Source: Candidatus Altarchaeum sp.
GTDB lineage: Archaea > Altiarchaeota > Altiarchaeia > Altiarchaeales > Altiarchaeaceae
Reading direction: 5' to 3'
Length of the DNA stretch: 16,617 bases
Assembly (NCBI GenBank): GCA_018260615.1
Contig: JAGWDQ010000148.1
Location: forward strand, 1 to 16,617
Position 1 is the stretch's first letter, and every line of letters begins with the position of its first letter. Positions 1 to 8,940 of the stretch are shown in pieces. The position numbers and the translations under genes were made by a program. The notes beneath the pieces were generated by a model. The model had not been told where the DNA came from. It saw nothing but the letters and a program-made list of their open reading frames with translations, and made no database searches.

Positions 1-740
1 CCGCTTGCTTTATTCATTTCAAAAATTTTCCCAACATTTTCTGCTGAAATATTCGTTTTTTCAGAAATTTCATCTTTACTCATTCCTTTCTCCATAAGCA
101 CTAAAATTTTATCTATTTCTTTGTAATCCATCCCTATTTCATCGCTTGCTTTTTGCCCTTTCCACAGTCGCGGAGACGGTTTCTTTGCAGTTATTTTTTC
201 AGGAACTCCCAAATATTTTGCCAAAATTTTAACCTGTGTTTTGTAAATATCTGCAATTGGTATTATATCGCAGCCGCCATCTCCGTATTTTGTGAAATAT
301 CCGATTAAAATTTCCGATTTGTCTCCTGTTCCGCAAACGATACCATTGTTTTTGTTGGCAATAGCATAAAGAATACACATCCTGACTCGTGCAGTTAAAT
401 TTCCTGTTGTCTTTTTATCCTGCATTTCGTCAAAATTTAAAATTTCCTTAAATTTCTCAACAACAGGATTTATTTCTGTGACAACCGTTTCGGTATTTAA
501 AATTTTTGAAATTTCTTTTGCATCTTCTATATCCTCTTGCGGTGTTATTCCGTTCATTGGCATCATAACAAAAATTTTTCTGATATTCACTTTTGCAAGC
601 AAATACGCACAAACCGCCGAGTCAATACCTCCCGAGACGCCGAGAACTATGCATTTTACTTCATTCCTTCGGACATAATTGTCAATAAATTTCACACATT
701 TTTCTTCAAAGTCCTTGCAGTTAAGGTTAAAATTTTCCAT
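1..740 (-). CDS. nadE: NH3-dependent NAD+ synthetase (3' end runs off the window)
   Basis: Not in the ORF track; translated by hand from ATG at 740: MENFNLNCKDF...IVLGVSGGIDSAV...GNLTARVRM...GTGDKSEILIGYFTKYGDGGCDIIPIADIYKTQV...KKPSPRLWKGQ. PP-loop SGGxDS and the NadE motifs YFTKYGDG and PSxxLWxGQ are present; frame is open to position 1. Confidence 0.95.
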   Translation of the reverse strand, partial: MENFNLNCKDFEEKCVKFIDNYVRRNEVKCIVLGVSGGIDSAVCAYLLAKVNIRKIFVMMPMNGITPQEDIEDAKEISKILNTETVVTEINPVVEKFKEILNFDEMQDKKTTGNLTARVRMCILYAIANKNNGIVCGTGDKSEILIGYFTKYGDGGCDIIPIADIYKTQVKILAKYLGVPEKITAKKPSPRLWKGQKASDEIGMDYKEIDKILVLMEKGMSKDEISEKTNISAENVGKIFEMNKAS

Positions 741-831
741 TTTAAAAACTTTGTTGTTCTTTACGAATTTACAAGTGCAAGTAAAAATTTTGAAATTCCA
801 TAGTGGGATTATGACATTATGAAAAACCAAT

Positions 832-1806
832 TTATTTACAAATTATTAAATATTGAATTATCAAAAAAACTATTAAAATCACCATTAATCCTATATAAAA
901 ATGCAATCCTGCGGGGAATGTTTCTTTCATAAGATTTGTAAATTTATCATAATTTTTAGCTTTATTGAGTTGGGTAAATGTAGATATAAATGTAATTATT
1001 GATGTGATAATCGCGACAAAAATTTTAACATACAACAATGTTTCAATTGGTGCTGCCTCTTCTTTACCTTTAACAGTAATTATATTTTTTTCATACTTTA
1101 CTATGTCTTTCCAATAATCTTTTAAAATTTCCCCATGCCTATCTTTATATTCCTCATTGAATGCTAACACATAGATTTCCCAATTTCCAACTTCATCCGC
1201 CGGGAAAGTATAATAAAACTTGCTTGGCTCTTTAGAATATAGTACTCCATAACGTTCAAATACGTAAGAACCTTCTCCCTTTATTAGAGATTCTCTATAA
1301 AAACCAAAGCGAGTATCATTTATTTCTATGAAAAGTAATGATTTCCCAATTGTATCATGGAAAGGGTTTGGAAGTGCACTCCACCTCTTATTACATTTAT
1401 AATCCCCTCCGCATTCACATCTGGGGAAACAACCTCGTAATTTTTTGTTAGGGTCTATAACATATATATAAAAATAAGATTTATCCATTGGAATAATCCC
1501 CGTATCATTTATTTTGACATCAAACTTTAAAAGATTGCCCTTTTGAATGGGGTTTTGTAAAGGAGTGATCTTAATATCAGAGTCATAATTAGGCACATAC
1601 AGATAAGACCCAATATAATCAGTTAACTCGTCAAATGAACACCCTGAAGTATCTGGTTTAAGAGATATTTCAAAGATATTTTCTTTGTTAACAATTTGGT
1701 CGAATAAACTTGACAATTCTCCTGAAAGAGTAGATATTAAAATAATAAGACCAAAGATTAATGCAAATATTAATGAAATCAAAGTTATTTTTGTTTTTTT
1801 ATTCAT
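832..1806 (-). CDS. Hypothetical membrane-anchored protein (N-terminal signal/TM, soluble domain, two C-terminal TM helices)
   Basis: 324-aa ORF; hydrophobic N-terminus (ITLISLIFALIFGLIILI), two hydrophobic C-terminal segments, Cys cluster CFPRCECGGDYKC. No family recognised with confidence. Confidence 0.8.
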   Translation of the reverse strand: MNKKTKITLISLIFALIFGLIILISTLSGELSSLFDQIVNKENIFEISLKPDTSGCSFDELTDYIGSYLYVPNYDSDIKITPLQNPIQKGNLLKFDVKINDTGIIPMDKSYFYIYVIDPNKKLRGCFPRCECGGDYKCNKRWSALPNPFHDTIGKSLLFIEINDTRFGFYRESLIKGEGSYVFERYGVLYSKEPSKFYYTFPADEVGNWEIYVLAFNEEYKDRHGEILKDYWKDIVKYEKNIITVKGKEEAAPIETLLYVKIFVAIITSIITFISTFTQLNKAKNYDKFTNLMKETFPAGLHFYIGLMVILIVFLIIQYLIICK

Positions 1807-1915
1807 TTTCCATAATTATAAATTTAACTTTCATGCTTAAATTTTCGTATTTGACAAATAGTTATTTATTTGTGCCTCTACATTTAATTGTTGTGGAAAA
1901 ATTTTGTAAGTAAAG

Positions 1916-2602
1916 TTAAATTAAATACTTTGTCATATCTTTTACATTTGCCATCTTAAAAGCCCTTTTTCTTCTTAAACAACTTTCGCATTCCCCGCAA
2001 TGAACATTATTGCTATCTGATTTATAACAACTCCACGAAACATGCATGGGTGCCTTAATTTTTTCTCCCAATTTAACAATTTCAGTTTTGTTCAGAGCAA
2101 TTAAAGGTGCAATAAGATATGGCTTTTTCTTTTGTAAAACTGCAAAATTTAACAAATTATTAAAATTTTTAACGAAGTCGTTGCTGTTATCTGGAAATGT
2201 AGCTGCTTCCTCTTTGTCAAATCCGGTAAATATGGCATCTGCATTTTCACTTTCTGCAATACCTGTGGCAATAGAGCAAAAGACCAGATTGCGGGCAGGA
2301 ACCCAGACCAGAGATGCGGACTGAGCAGATTTCTCTTTGTCATCCAAATCGCTAAATTTAACCTTTGGAATATTTCCTGATATTAAGCCGGATTTTAAAT
2401 TTTTCATCCATTCAAGAGTTATAATATCAAATTTTGCATCTAAAAATTCTGAAATTTCTTTTGCTGCGATTTTTTCCTGCTCTAATGCCTTTTGTCCGTA
2501 ATCAAAAAATAAAGTATGTAATTTATAACCCTCATTCTTTGCATAACTTGCTGCAACGCAACTATCCAATCCTCCTGAAAGGACAATTATTGCTTTTTTC
2601 AT
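1916..2602 (-). CDS. queC: 7-cyano-7-deazaguanine (preQ0) synthase
   Basis: Start taken at ATG 2602 (MKKAIIVLSGGLDS); FDYGQ, VWVPARN, YPD-like FPD, and Zn motif SWSCY...HCGECESC are typical of QueC. Confidence 0.93.
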   Translation of the reverse strand: MKKAIIVLSGGLDSCVAASYAKNEGYKLHTLFFDYGQKALEQEKIAAKEISEFLDAKFDIITLEWMKNLKSGLISGNIPKVKFSDLDDKEKSAQSASLVWVPARNLVFCSIATGIAESENADAIFTGFDKEEAATFPDNSNDFVKNFNNLLNFAVLQKKKPYLIAPLIALNKTEIVKLGEKIKAPMHVSWSCYKSDSNNVHCGECESCLRRKRAFKMANVKDMTKYLI

Positions 2603-2667
2603 TTTAAATTTATATATTAATTTATATTTAAGCATAATTTTATTTAGCATTTTTTAATCATAAGAAA

Positions 2668-3198
2668 ATGGAAAACATATACCAGCTTAAAATTGCTTTG
2701 AAAGGAATTAAGCCACCGGTATGGCGATTAATAGAAGTGCCGGAAACATATACTTTTGGGAAATTGCACAATGCAATACAGGATGCAATGGGATGGGATG
2801 ATTATCACCTGTATGTTTTTGAGATCGGCGGAGTTGAAATAGGGCATCCGGACATGATTGCAGAAGGCGGAGGTCTTGATGCAAATAAGAAAAAGATAAA
2901 GGATTATTTTGTAAAAGGAGGTAAGGCAACATATACCTACGACTTTGGAGACGACTGGGAGCATGAAGTAAAATTAAAAGACATAATTCCGTCTGAAAAA
3001 GGGACAAAATATCCGAGATGTATTGATGGAAAAAGAGCATGCCCGCCGGAGGATTGCGGAGGCATATACGGATATGAAGAGTTTTTAGAGGCAATAAAAG
3101 ATCCCGGGCATGATGAACATGATGAAATGCTGGAATGGGTAGGCGGAGAGTTTGACCCTGAAAAATTTGACCAGAAAGAGGTTAAATTTAGAAAGTAA
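2668..3198 (+). CDS. Plasmid pRiA4b ORF-3 family protein
   Basis: 176 aa with the family motifs YQLKIAL..IKPPVWR, LHNAIQDAMGWDDYHL, YTYDFGDDWEH, CIDGKRACPPEDCGGIYGY, FDPEKFD. Confidence 0.88.
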   Translation: MENIYQLKIALKGIKPPVWRLIEVPETYTFGKLHNAIQDAMGWDDYHLYVFEIGGVEIGHPDMIAEGGGLDANKKKIKDYFVKGGKATYTYDFGDDWEHEVKLKDIIPSEKGTKYPRCIDGKRACPPEDCGGIYGYEEFLEAIKDPGHDEHDEMLEWVGGEFDPEKFDQKEVKFRK

Positions 3199-3231
3199 TC
3201 AGTAGCAGATTATAACTGAACTCAAATTTAT
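3198..3231 (+). repeat. 34-bp imperfect direct repeat, copy 1
   Basis: atcagtagcagattataactgaactcaaatttat matches 4094-4127 at 30/34 positions. Confidence 0.8.
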
Positions 3232-3473
3232 GATTGTGTTAACTTAATATATGCCGATTTCGTTCCACTCACAGTATTCGTGTCTTTCAAAAACAGGTTT
3301 TGAAATAGACAAACATCAGAGGATTTCAGAGATTAAAAAGGAGTTCGGGAAATGGGACTCTATAAGGGGGATTTGAAGGCAGAAGATGAATTGACAAAAG
3401 AGCAACCGGATGAGATGCCGCTTAATAAATTGATTTATAATCTCAAAACCATAATTAAATATAAATTATTAAA

Positions 3474-3686
3474 ATGGAAAACCTAACTTTAGATCACATA
3501 TATAAGGCTTTAGATCACATGCATAAAGATATCGGAGAAATTAAATTTGAATTAAAGAGGCTCAGTTTTATAATTGAAGATGATTTTGAACTTAGCGAAA
3601 GCACAAAAAAAGATCTTGAGAAGGCAAGAAAGGAGCCACTGTCAAGTTATATAGACCACGAGGAAGTTCTTAAAGAATTCTTATAA
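3474..3686 (+). CDS. Putative type II antitoxin (archaeal RelB-like partner)
   Basis: 70-aa acidic protein ending LSESTKKDLEKARKEPLSSYIDHEEVLKEFL; its TAA overlaps the ATG of a RelE-like toxin (TAATG, 3684-3688). Confidence 0.7.
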   Translation: MENLTLDHIYKALDHMHKDIGEIKFELKRLSFIIEDDFELSESTKKDLEKARKEPLSSYIDHEEVLKEFL

Positions 3687-3896
3687 TGACTTATAAAATT
3701 AAATGGCGACCAATAGCATTAAAAGAGTTAAGAAAATGAAGGCCATAAACATTTCCTTGAAAAACTTACAGATGATGAAGGTTATAAAGTAAGAGTTGGC
3801 GACTATAGGGCAATAATAGATGTCCTTGAGCAGGAAAAGATAATAACAGTACGAGTTGTTGGACATCGGAGGAATATTTATAAAAGACATCTGTGA
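3686..3896 (+). pseudogene. relE: RelE/ParE-family toxin pseudogene (internal deletion with frameshift)
   Basis: ATG 3686 gives MTYKIKWRPIALKELRK*; another frame gives ...HFLEKLTDDEGYKVRVGDYRAIIDVLEQEKIITVRVVGHRRNIYKRHL* (TGA 3894-3896) with the RelE motifs RVGDYR and GHRRNIY. Span is 211 nt (3n+1). Confidence 0.85.
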
Positions 3897-4093
3897 TCAT
3901 ACAGGCATCATAATCCTACCCGATGTTTAGATAAATTTGCAGACGGGAAAAATTGACCTTCCCGAAAATTTAAAAGAAATATAACTATTCAGCTTCAGCC
4001 GCTCATAAAAATCAACTCACCACCGTTCGGAGATTTTAAAATCGCTTACGCTCATGCATTTCAAACAAGTTTGAAATTGAATTATTAAACATC

Positions 4094-4127
4094 ATCAATA
4101 GCGGATTGTAACAGAACTCAAATTTAT
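4094..4127 (+). repeat. 34-bp imperfect direct repeat, copy 2
   Basis: atcaatagcggattgtaacagaactcaaatttat, 30/34 identical to 3198-3231. Confidence 0.8.
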
Positions 4128-4130
4128 TTC

Positions 4131-4499
<369 letters not shown>

Positions 4500-4535
4500 T
4501 TAAAATTTAATAATAAATTTTGTTTAAATTTAAAA

Positions 4536-5702
4536 TTATTTCATAGCGTGTTCAGGATACATTTCAATCCCGAACTGTGAGTCAAGCCCTTTTCTTTCAA
4601 CTTCTGCTTTTTCTCTGATTCCGATAGTAAATTTTAATATTCCGAATACCAGCAATGCCAAAATTCCCGCAATTGCAACAATTATAAAAATTCCTATAAA
4701 TTGTGATAATATATTTACTCCTCCCGCACCTCCGAAAATTTTAAGTCCGAATATTCCCGCTGCAAGAGTTCCCCATATTCCAGAGACCGCATGAACAGAT
4801 GTTACCGCACAAACATCATCTATCTTTAATTTAGAATCAATAAATTTATAAACAACCGGCAATAAAATTCCCGCAACAAAGCCAATGAGCAAACCTCCGA
4901 CAGGATGCACAACATCCGCTCCCGCACATATTGCCACAAGTCCCGCTGCTGCTCCATTGGCAATAAATAAAGGATCTCCTTTACTCATAATTGCCGCCCC
5001 TATAATTCCTCCGGCCATCGCAAGTGTTGTGGCAACTGCAACCGAAAGCCCGATTTTCCAGTCATTAAACGAACTGATACTTCCGATATTAAATCCAAAC
5101 CAACATATTGCTAAAATCCATGCCCCGAGAACTGCAAAAGGAACATTATGTCATGCAATCGGAACGCTTGTCCCGTTTCTGTATTTTCCGATTCTCGCTC
5201 CTATTATGTATGCTGCGGTAAAGCCAATTATTCCTCCAAAAGCATGCACAACAGCAGAGCCGGCAAAATCATGAAAGCCAATATTTGCCAAAAAACCTCC
5301 GCCCCACGCTAAATGTTCAACGACGGGATAACCAAATCCGCCGATAATCATTGCTGCGATCATATAAGGAACAATTTTAACCCTTTCTGCTAATGCCCCG
5401 CTCATTATTGTAACCGCTGCAACTGCAAACATCAGCATCTTCATAAAATGTGCATAATCTTCTTCGGGAGCAATTCCGATATGAGGAAGAGCATAAGCAA
5501 TTGAATATCCGATAAAATAATACATCAGAATAACTGCTGCCAAATCAAGAAATTTCATCGTTAATTGCGTTCCGGCATTTTTTACTCTTATTTGTCCTAT
5601 TTCAAGCATTGCAAATCCCGCCTTCATAAAAAATATAAGCACTGCCGCCCATATAAAGAAAAAGGCAGTTAAACCGTCCATTAAGTTGAGCATTTCTTCC
5701 AT
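4536..5702 (-). pseudogene. amt: Ammonium transporter (Amt), full length (388 codons) but with one in-frame TGA at 5151-5153
   Basis: The two ORF-track pieces are in the same frame and the 44 codons between them are open: ...GTSVPIA*HNVPFAVLGAWILAICWFGFNIGS.... Amt motifs FFMKAGFAMLE, HDFAGSAVVH, WFGFN, DD, SVHAVSGIWG are all present. Confidence 0.9.
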
Positions 5703-5880
5703 TTTTGTATTTTTAATTTTTATTTTAAATTTATATTATAAACTTATAATCCCGCCATAAATATTTGATGTTTAAAATTTAAACAAAAAAGCATATTTAA
5801 GTTTCATACCTAAAAAGAAACAGAACTATAAATTTATTTTATATTTTTACAGTATTATATACTATATGTTTTTCATTGGT

Positions 5881-6196
5881 CTCTAACCTCGCTGTCGCAA
5901 AAATCTACAAGATTTTTGGGATATTCAAAAATGCTTGAAGCATTTTTGATATTGCTCGGAGATTTTCAAAATCTGTTGATTTTAAAAAAGACACAAAGGA
6001 GTTATACTGAAAATCTGTGAGATTTTCAATCTTTAAAAATCTGCGAAATTTTTAAATTACCTCGCTCTTCACCTCGCTCCTGCTCGGAGATTTAAAAAAT
6101 CTGTTGATTTTAAAAATCACCTCGCTCCTGCTCAGAGATTTTCAAATCTTTGAGATTTGAAAATACTCTGTGGCTTTGTGTCTTTGTGTGAATATT
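5881..6196. repeat. Intergenic cluster of modular repeats (ACCTCGCT..GCTCGGAGAT units with AT-rich hairpins)
   Basis: acctcgct at ~5886, 6059, 6071, 6119; gctcggagat at ~5954 and 6082; hairpins CAAAAATCT-aca-AGATTTTTG (5898-5918) and TCAAAAATGCT-tga-AGCATTTTTGA (5925-5949); 6003-6040 matches 16506-16543 at 37/38. Confidence 0.85.
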
Positions 6197-6331
6197 TTAT
6201 TATTTTTTACCAAAATTTAAAAATCCTGTGAAAAGAAAAATTTATTCCAAAAACAAATAATTATAAAATAAAAGGTAATTAATAACCAAATTTAATTTAA
6301 TACCTAATATATAATTAATCTAAATTTCAAA

Positions 6332-6610
6332 GTGGGACGAATAAAACAAACATATTTAAAAAGGGCAGCGATGGAAATTTATCGCACACACAAGGAAGAA
6401 CTGGCAGACAATTTTGAAGCAAATAAGGAAAGAGTTAATGAATATACGGACATTGAAAGCAAGCCGGTGAGAAATAAAATCGCAGGCTATCTGACAAAAT
6501 ATGTGAAAAGGATGCAGAAAAAAGAAGCAAAAGACACAGGCAGCAGTCAGGAAAGTGTGAGTCAGGAAAGTGTTCAGGAAGCAGCACAACAGGAAACAAA
6601 GAATAATTAA
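6332..6610 (+). CDS. rps17e: 30S ribosomal protein S17e with low-complexity C-terminal tail
   Basis: GTG start; MGRIKQTYLKR...FEANKERV...SKPVRNKIAGYLT is the S17e signature. Confidence 0.93.
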   Translation: MGRIKQTYLKRAAMEIYRTHKEELADNFEANKERVNEYTDIESKPVRNKIAGYLTKYVKRMQKKEAKDTGSSQESVSQESVQEAAQQETKNN

Positions 6611-6715
6611 TCAATATCTAACAATCCCAATAAAGAAGATAAATATAATTTTGGAGTTGGTTTAGGTGTATAAATTTTTAGCATTCAAATTTTTATGCGG
6701 ATTTTAGTTTTTTTT

Positions 6716-6790
6716 GGACCCGTGGCCCAACTTGGATAAGGCGACGGCCTCCTAAGTCGTAGATTGCGGGTTCAAATCCCGCCGGGCCCG
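6716..6790 (+). tRNA. tRNA-Arg (anticodon CCT)
   Basis: Cloverleaf: acceptor GGACCCG/CGGGCCC, D stem GCC/GGC, anticodon stem ACGGC/GTCGT with loop CT-CCT-AA, T arm GCGGG-TTCAAAT-CCCGC, discriminator G; no encoded CCA. Confidence 0.93.
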
Positions 6791-6829
6791 TTTGTTTTTT
6801 TATCGTACCGGAAAGTTCGTTTTATTGTT

Positions 6830-6947
6830 CTCTAACCTCGCTGTTGCTCGGATATTTTCAAAAACTCCGCGTTTTGAAAATCGCACCAAGACACGGAGAC
6901 ACAAAGGGCAATGTTGCTCTGTGACTTTGTGGCTTTGTGTGAGTATT
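6830..6947. repeat. Repeat module plus CTTTGTG-type repeats between convergent tRNA-Arg and the methyltransferase
   Basis: ctctaacctcgctgttgctcggatat followed by a ttttcaaaa..ttttgaaaa hairpin; 6917-6947 is 28/31 identical to 6166-6196. Confidence 0.8.
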
Positions 6948-6972
6948 CTTCTGATTTTTTTAAATTTAACCA

Positions 6973-7890
6973 CTACTTCTTTCTTATTTTACTCACAAAT
7001 GCCGTCTCTGTGTCATTATGCCATGGATACACCCTGATTCCATACTCGTTCTTTTCACAATTAACATTCAAATTAATTTCCTCAACTTCGGCATCGCTAT
7101 TGTTATCCATCAAAAATTTAACAACATCTTCGTTTTCTTCTGTTGGCGTTGTGCATGTGGAATAAACCAGAATCCCGCCTTTTTTTAAGTGGCTGAATGC
7201 ATCCGAAATCATCTTTTTCTGAACCTTTGAAATAGCGAGCGAAAATTTATATTCCCAACTTTTTAAAATTTCCTTATTCTTCCGTGAAGTTCCCAATGAC
7301 GAGCAGGGAGCATCCAAAAGCACTCTGTCAAATTTAAATAAATCGGGAAATTTACACGCATCATAATTTGTTACTATGCAATTTGTTATTCCCAGACGGT
7401 AAATATTGGCGATTAATGCCTGCGCCCGCTTTAAATTTAACTCGTTGGCTACAATTGTGCCCGAAAAATTTTTAACCGCAATCTGGGTTGTCTTTGAGCC
7501 GGGGGCGGCACATAAATCCAAAACCAAATTTCCATCGGCAACATCTAATGCCTCGGCAGCGAGCATTGCAGATGCCTCCTGGGAATAGCATAAACCAACA
7601 GCATGTTCAATTTTCAAACCGATTTTTCGTTCGTCAATGAAGTATGCATTTTCACTCCATAAAATTTGAGCATGTTCATAAGGAAAATTTTTAAAAAAAT
7701 CACCGGGAGAAATTTTTAATGTGTTAATTCGTATTGATTTTCTTAACGGAATATCCACATATTCCAGAAATTTTTCAGTCCATTCGTCACCAAATTTTTT
7801 ATGATATTCAAAAAAGTCAGGACTCGCCAGGTTTTTCGCTACTTTTGTATTTGTTATATCTGTTGTATTTGGTTTTTGCATTATTCGCAT
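6973..7890 (-). CDS. RsmB/RsmF/NOP2 (NSUN)-family RNA cytosine-C5 methyltransferase
   Basis: SIRINTLK, YSQEASAM, VLDLCAAPGSKT, FDRVLLDAPCS (motif IV PC), LVYSTCT..ENE (motif VI TC). Confidence 0.92.
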   Translation of the reverse strand: MRIMQKPNTTDITNTKVAKNLASPDFFEYHKKFGDEWTEKFLEYVDIPLRKSIRINTLKISPGDFFKNFPYEHAQILWSENAYFIDERKIGLKIEHAVGLCYSQEASAMLAAEALDVADGNLVLDLCAAPGSKTTQIAVKNFSGTIVANELNLKRAQALIANIYRLGITNCIVTNYDACKFPDLFKFDRVLLDAPCSSLGTSRKNKEILKSWEYKFSLAISKVQKKMISDAFSHLKKGGILVYSTCTTPTEENEDVVKFLMDNNSDAEVEEINLNVNCEKNEYGIRVYPWHNDTETAFVSKIRKK

Positions 7891-7991
7891 CTTTAAATTT
7901 TATCTTTAAATTTTTGATTTATTATCTGATATTCCTAATTTTTACGGATTAAAATATAATCAAATGAATTAAATATAAATACGATTAAAAT
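7748..7991 (+). repeat. Direct repeat A: methyltransferase 5' end plus divergent promoter region
   Basis: 7760-7827 = 10994-11061 (68 bp identical); 7873-7903 = 11125-11155 (31 bp); 7927-7956 = 11192-11221 (30 bp); cgattaaaat 7982-7991 = 11257-11266. Confidence 0.93.
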
Positions 7992-8028
7992 AGTAAATAA
8001 ATATATTAAATTGTAATTTTGTATCATA

Positions 8029-8940
8029 ATGAACAACCCTTTACGGAATATATTTAAACTGCAAATAAAAACATTGACAGGATTTGACTTTCAGGATTTT
8101 GTTGTTGATTTGTTCCTTCTGAAATATGGAGAACAAGGTTTTACCGTTATTAGGAAAAAGAAGGATAAAGGTTGTGATGGAATTATAAATGGTGAAAAAA
8201 GAGTTATTGCGTGTTATGGTCCAGAAGATGCAACTCAAAAAAAATTTGAAGACAAAGCAGACGATGATTTTAAAGATTATCAAAACAATTGGGGGAAAAA
8301 ATATCCTAAATGGATGTTTATAGTTAATCAGGATATTTCTCCCGCCCAAATAAATAAAATTGAAAGTTTAAAATCAGGAACTCCTCTTTTGGGAACGCAA
8401 CAAATACTTTCAATAATTGAGGGTTTAAAAAACGATCAGCGAAGAAAATTAGCTAAGTATTTAAAAATAGAGGATGAATTCATATCGTCGGACTATCTTG
8501 GAGAGATATTTGAAGATCTCCTGAAAGGCAGCGAAACAGCATTGGACAATATCAAATATGATACGAAAGGAAGGATTAATACTGAAGAAAAGATAGCAAT
8601 AAATTATGATAAATCCGATATAGAAGAAGCGATTAACGAGTACGGGCTTCTAATGGAAAGTGGTTCATTGAAAAAAGTAAGTGATTTATTGTTTGGGTAT
8701 GAAGATGAAGAAATTGACAGAATGAAACACCGTATTTTGTACGATTATAGTAATTTGACAATTGGAAGCTTCAAAACAAGATTAAAGCAACTCACAGAAC
8801 ATTATTTGGTAAAATACTCGTCTGAAAATGACGATGATTATCTTCATTATATTCGGACAGTTTTGATTTATTTATTTGAACAATGTTTAATAGGTCGCAA
8901 AATAAAACAAGAAAATGATATTGCCGCATCCAGAAAGTGA
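8029..8940 (+). CDS. lmuA: ABC-three-component/Lamassu effector (LmuA-like): N-terminal restriction-endonuclease-like (Mrr/PD-(D/E)xK) domain and C-terminal ABC-3C CTD
   Basis: GFDFQDFV..LF...GF......DKGCDG.....ACYGP..KFEDK..DDF resembles REase-fold effectors; C-terminal LIYLFEQCLIG resembles ABC-3C CTD endings; first gene of a CTD-MC-ATPase triad. Confidence 0.7.
   Translation: MNNPLRNIFKLQIKTLTGFDFQDFVVDLFLLKYGEQGFTVIRKKKDKGCDGIINGEKRVIACYGPEDATQKKFEDKADDDFKDYQNNWGKKYPKWMFIVNQDISPAQINKIESLKSGTPLLGTQQILSIIEGLKNDQRRKLAKYLKIEDEFISSDYLGEIFEDLLKGSETALDNIKYDTKGRINTEEKIAINYDKSDIEEAINEYGLLMESGSLKKVSDLLFGYEDEEIDRMKHRILYDYSNLTIGSFKTRLKQLTEHYLVKYSSENDDDYLHYIRTVLIYLFEQCLIGRKIKQENDIAASRK

Noticed and set aside
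1916-2602. queC as part of a defence system (QatC or Dpd-like)
   Set aside because: Length and motifs are those of canonical QueC, and no partner defence genes are adjacent; preQ0/archaeosine synthesis is sufficient.
3205-3232. dif/Xer site interpretation of the 34-bp repeat
   Set aside because: The left arm ends in ATAA, but the right arm lacks the TTAT start and inverted symmetry of dif sites.
3320-3465. Coding-like purine-rich fragment (MGLYKGDLKAEDELTKEQPDEMP...)
   Set aside because: Short, with no recognisable family; possibly debris but unsupported.
3898-3990. Possible AbrB-like remnant (HTGIIILPDV*INLQTGKIDLPENLKEI)
   Set aside because: Too short and interrupted to assign.
5151-5153. 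Selenocysteine or genetic code 25 (TGA=Gly) as the explanation of the amt TGA
   Set aside because: The position corresponds to Gly, not Cys; no SECIS-like element was recognised; TGA acts as a stop elsewhere (pckG 13068-13070, effector 8938-8940).
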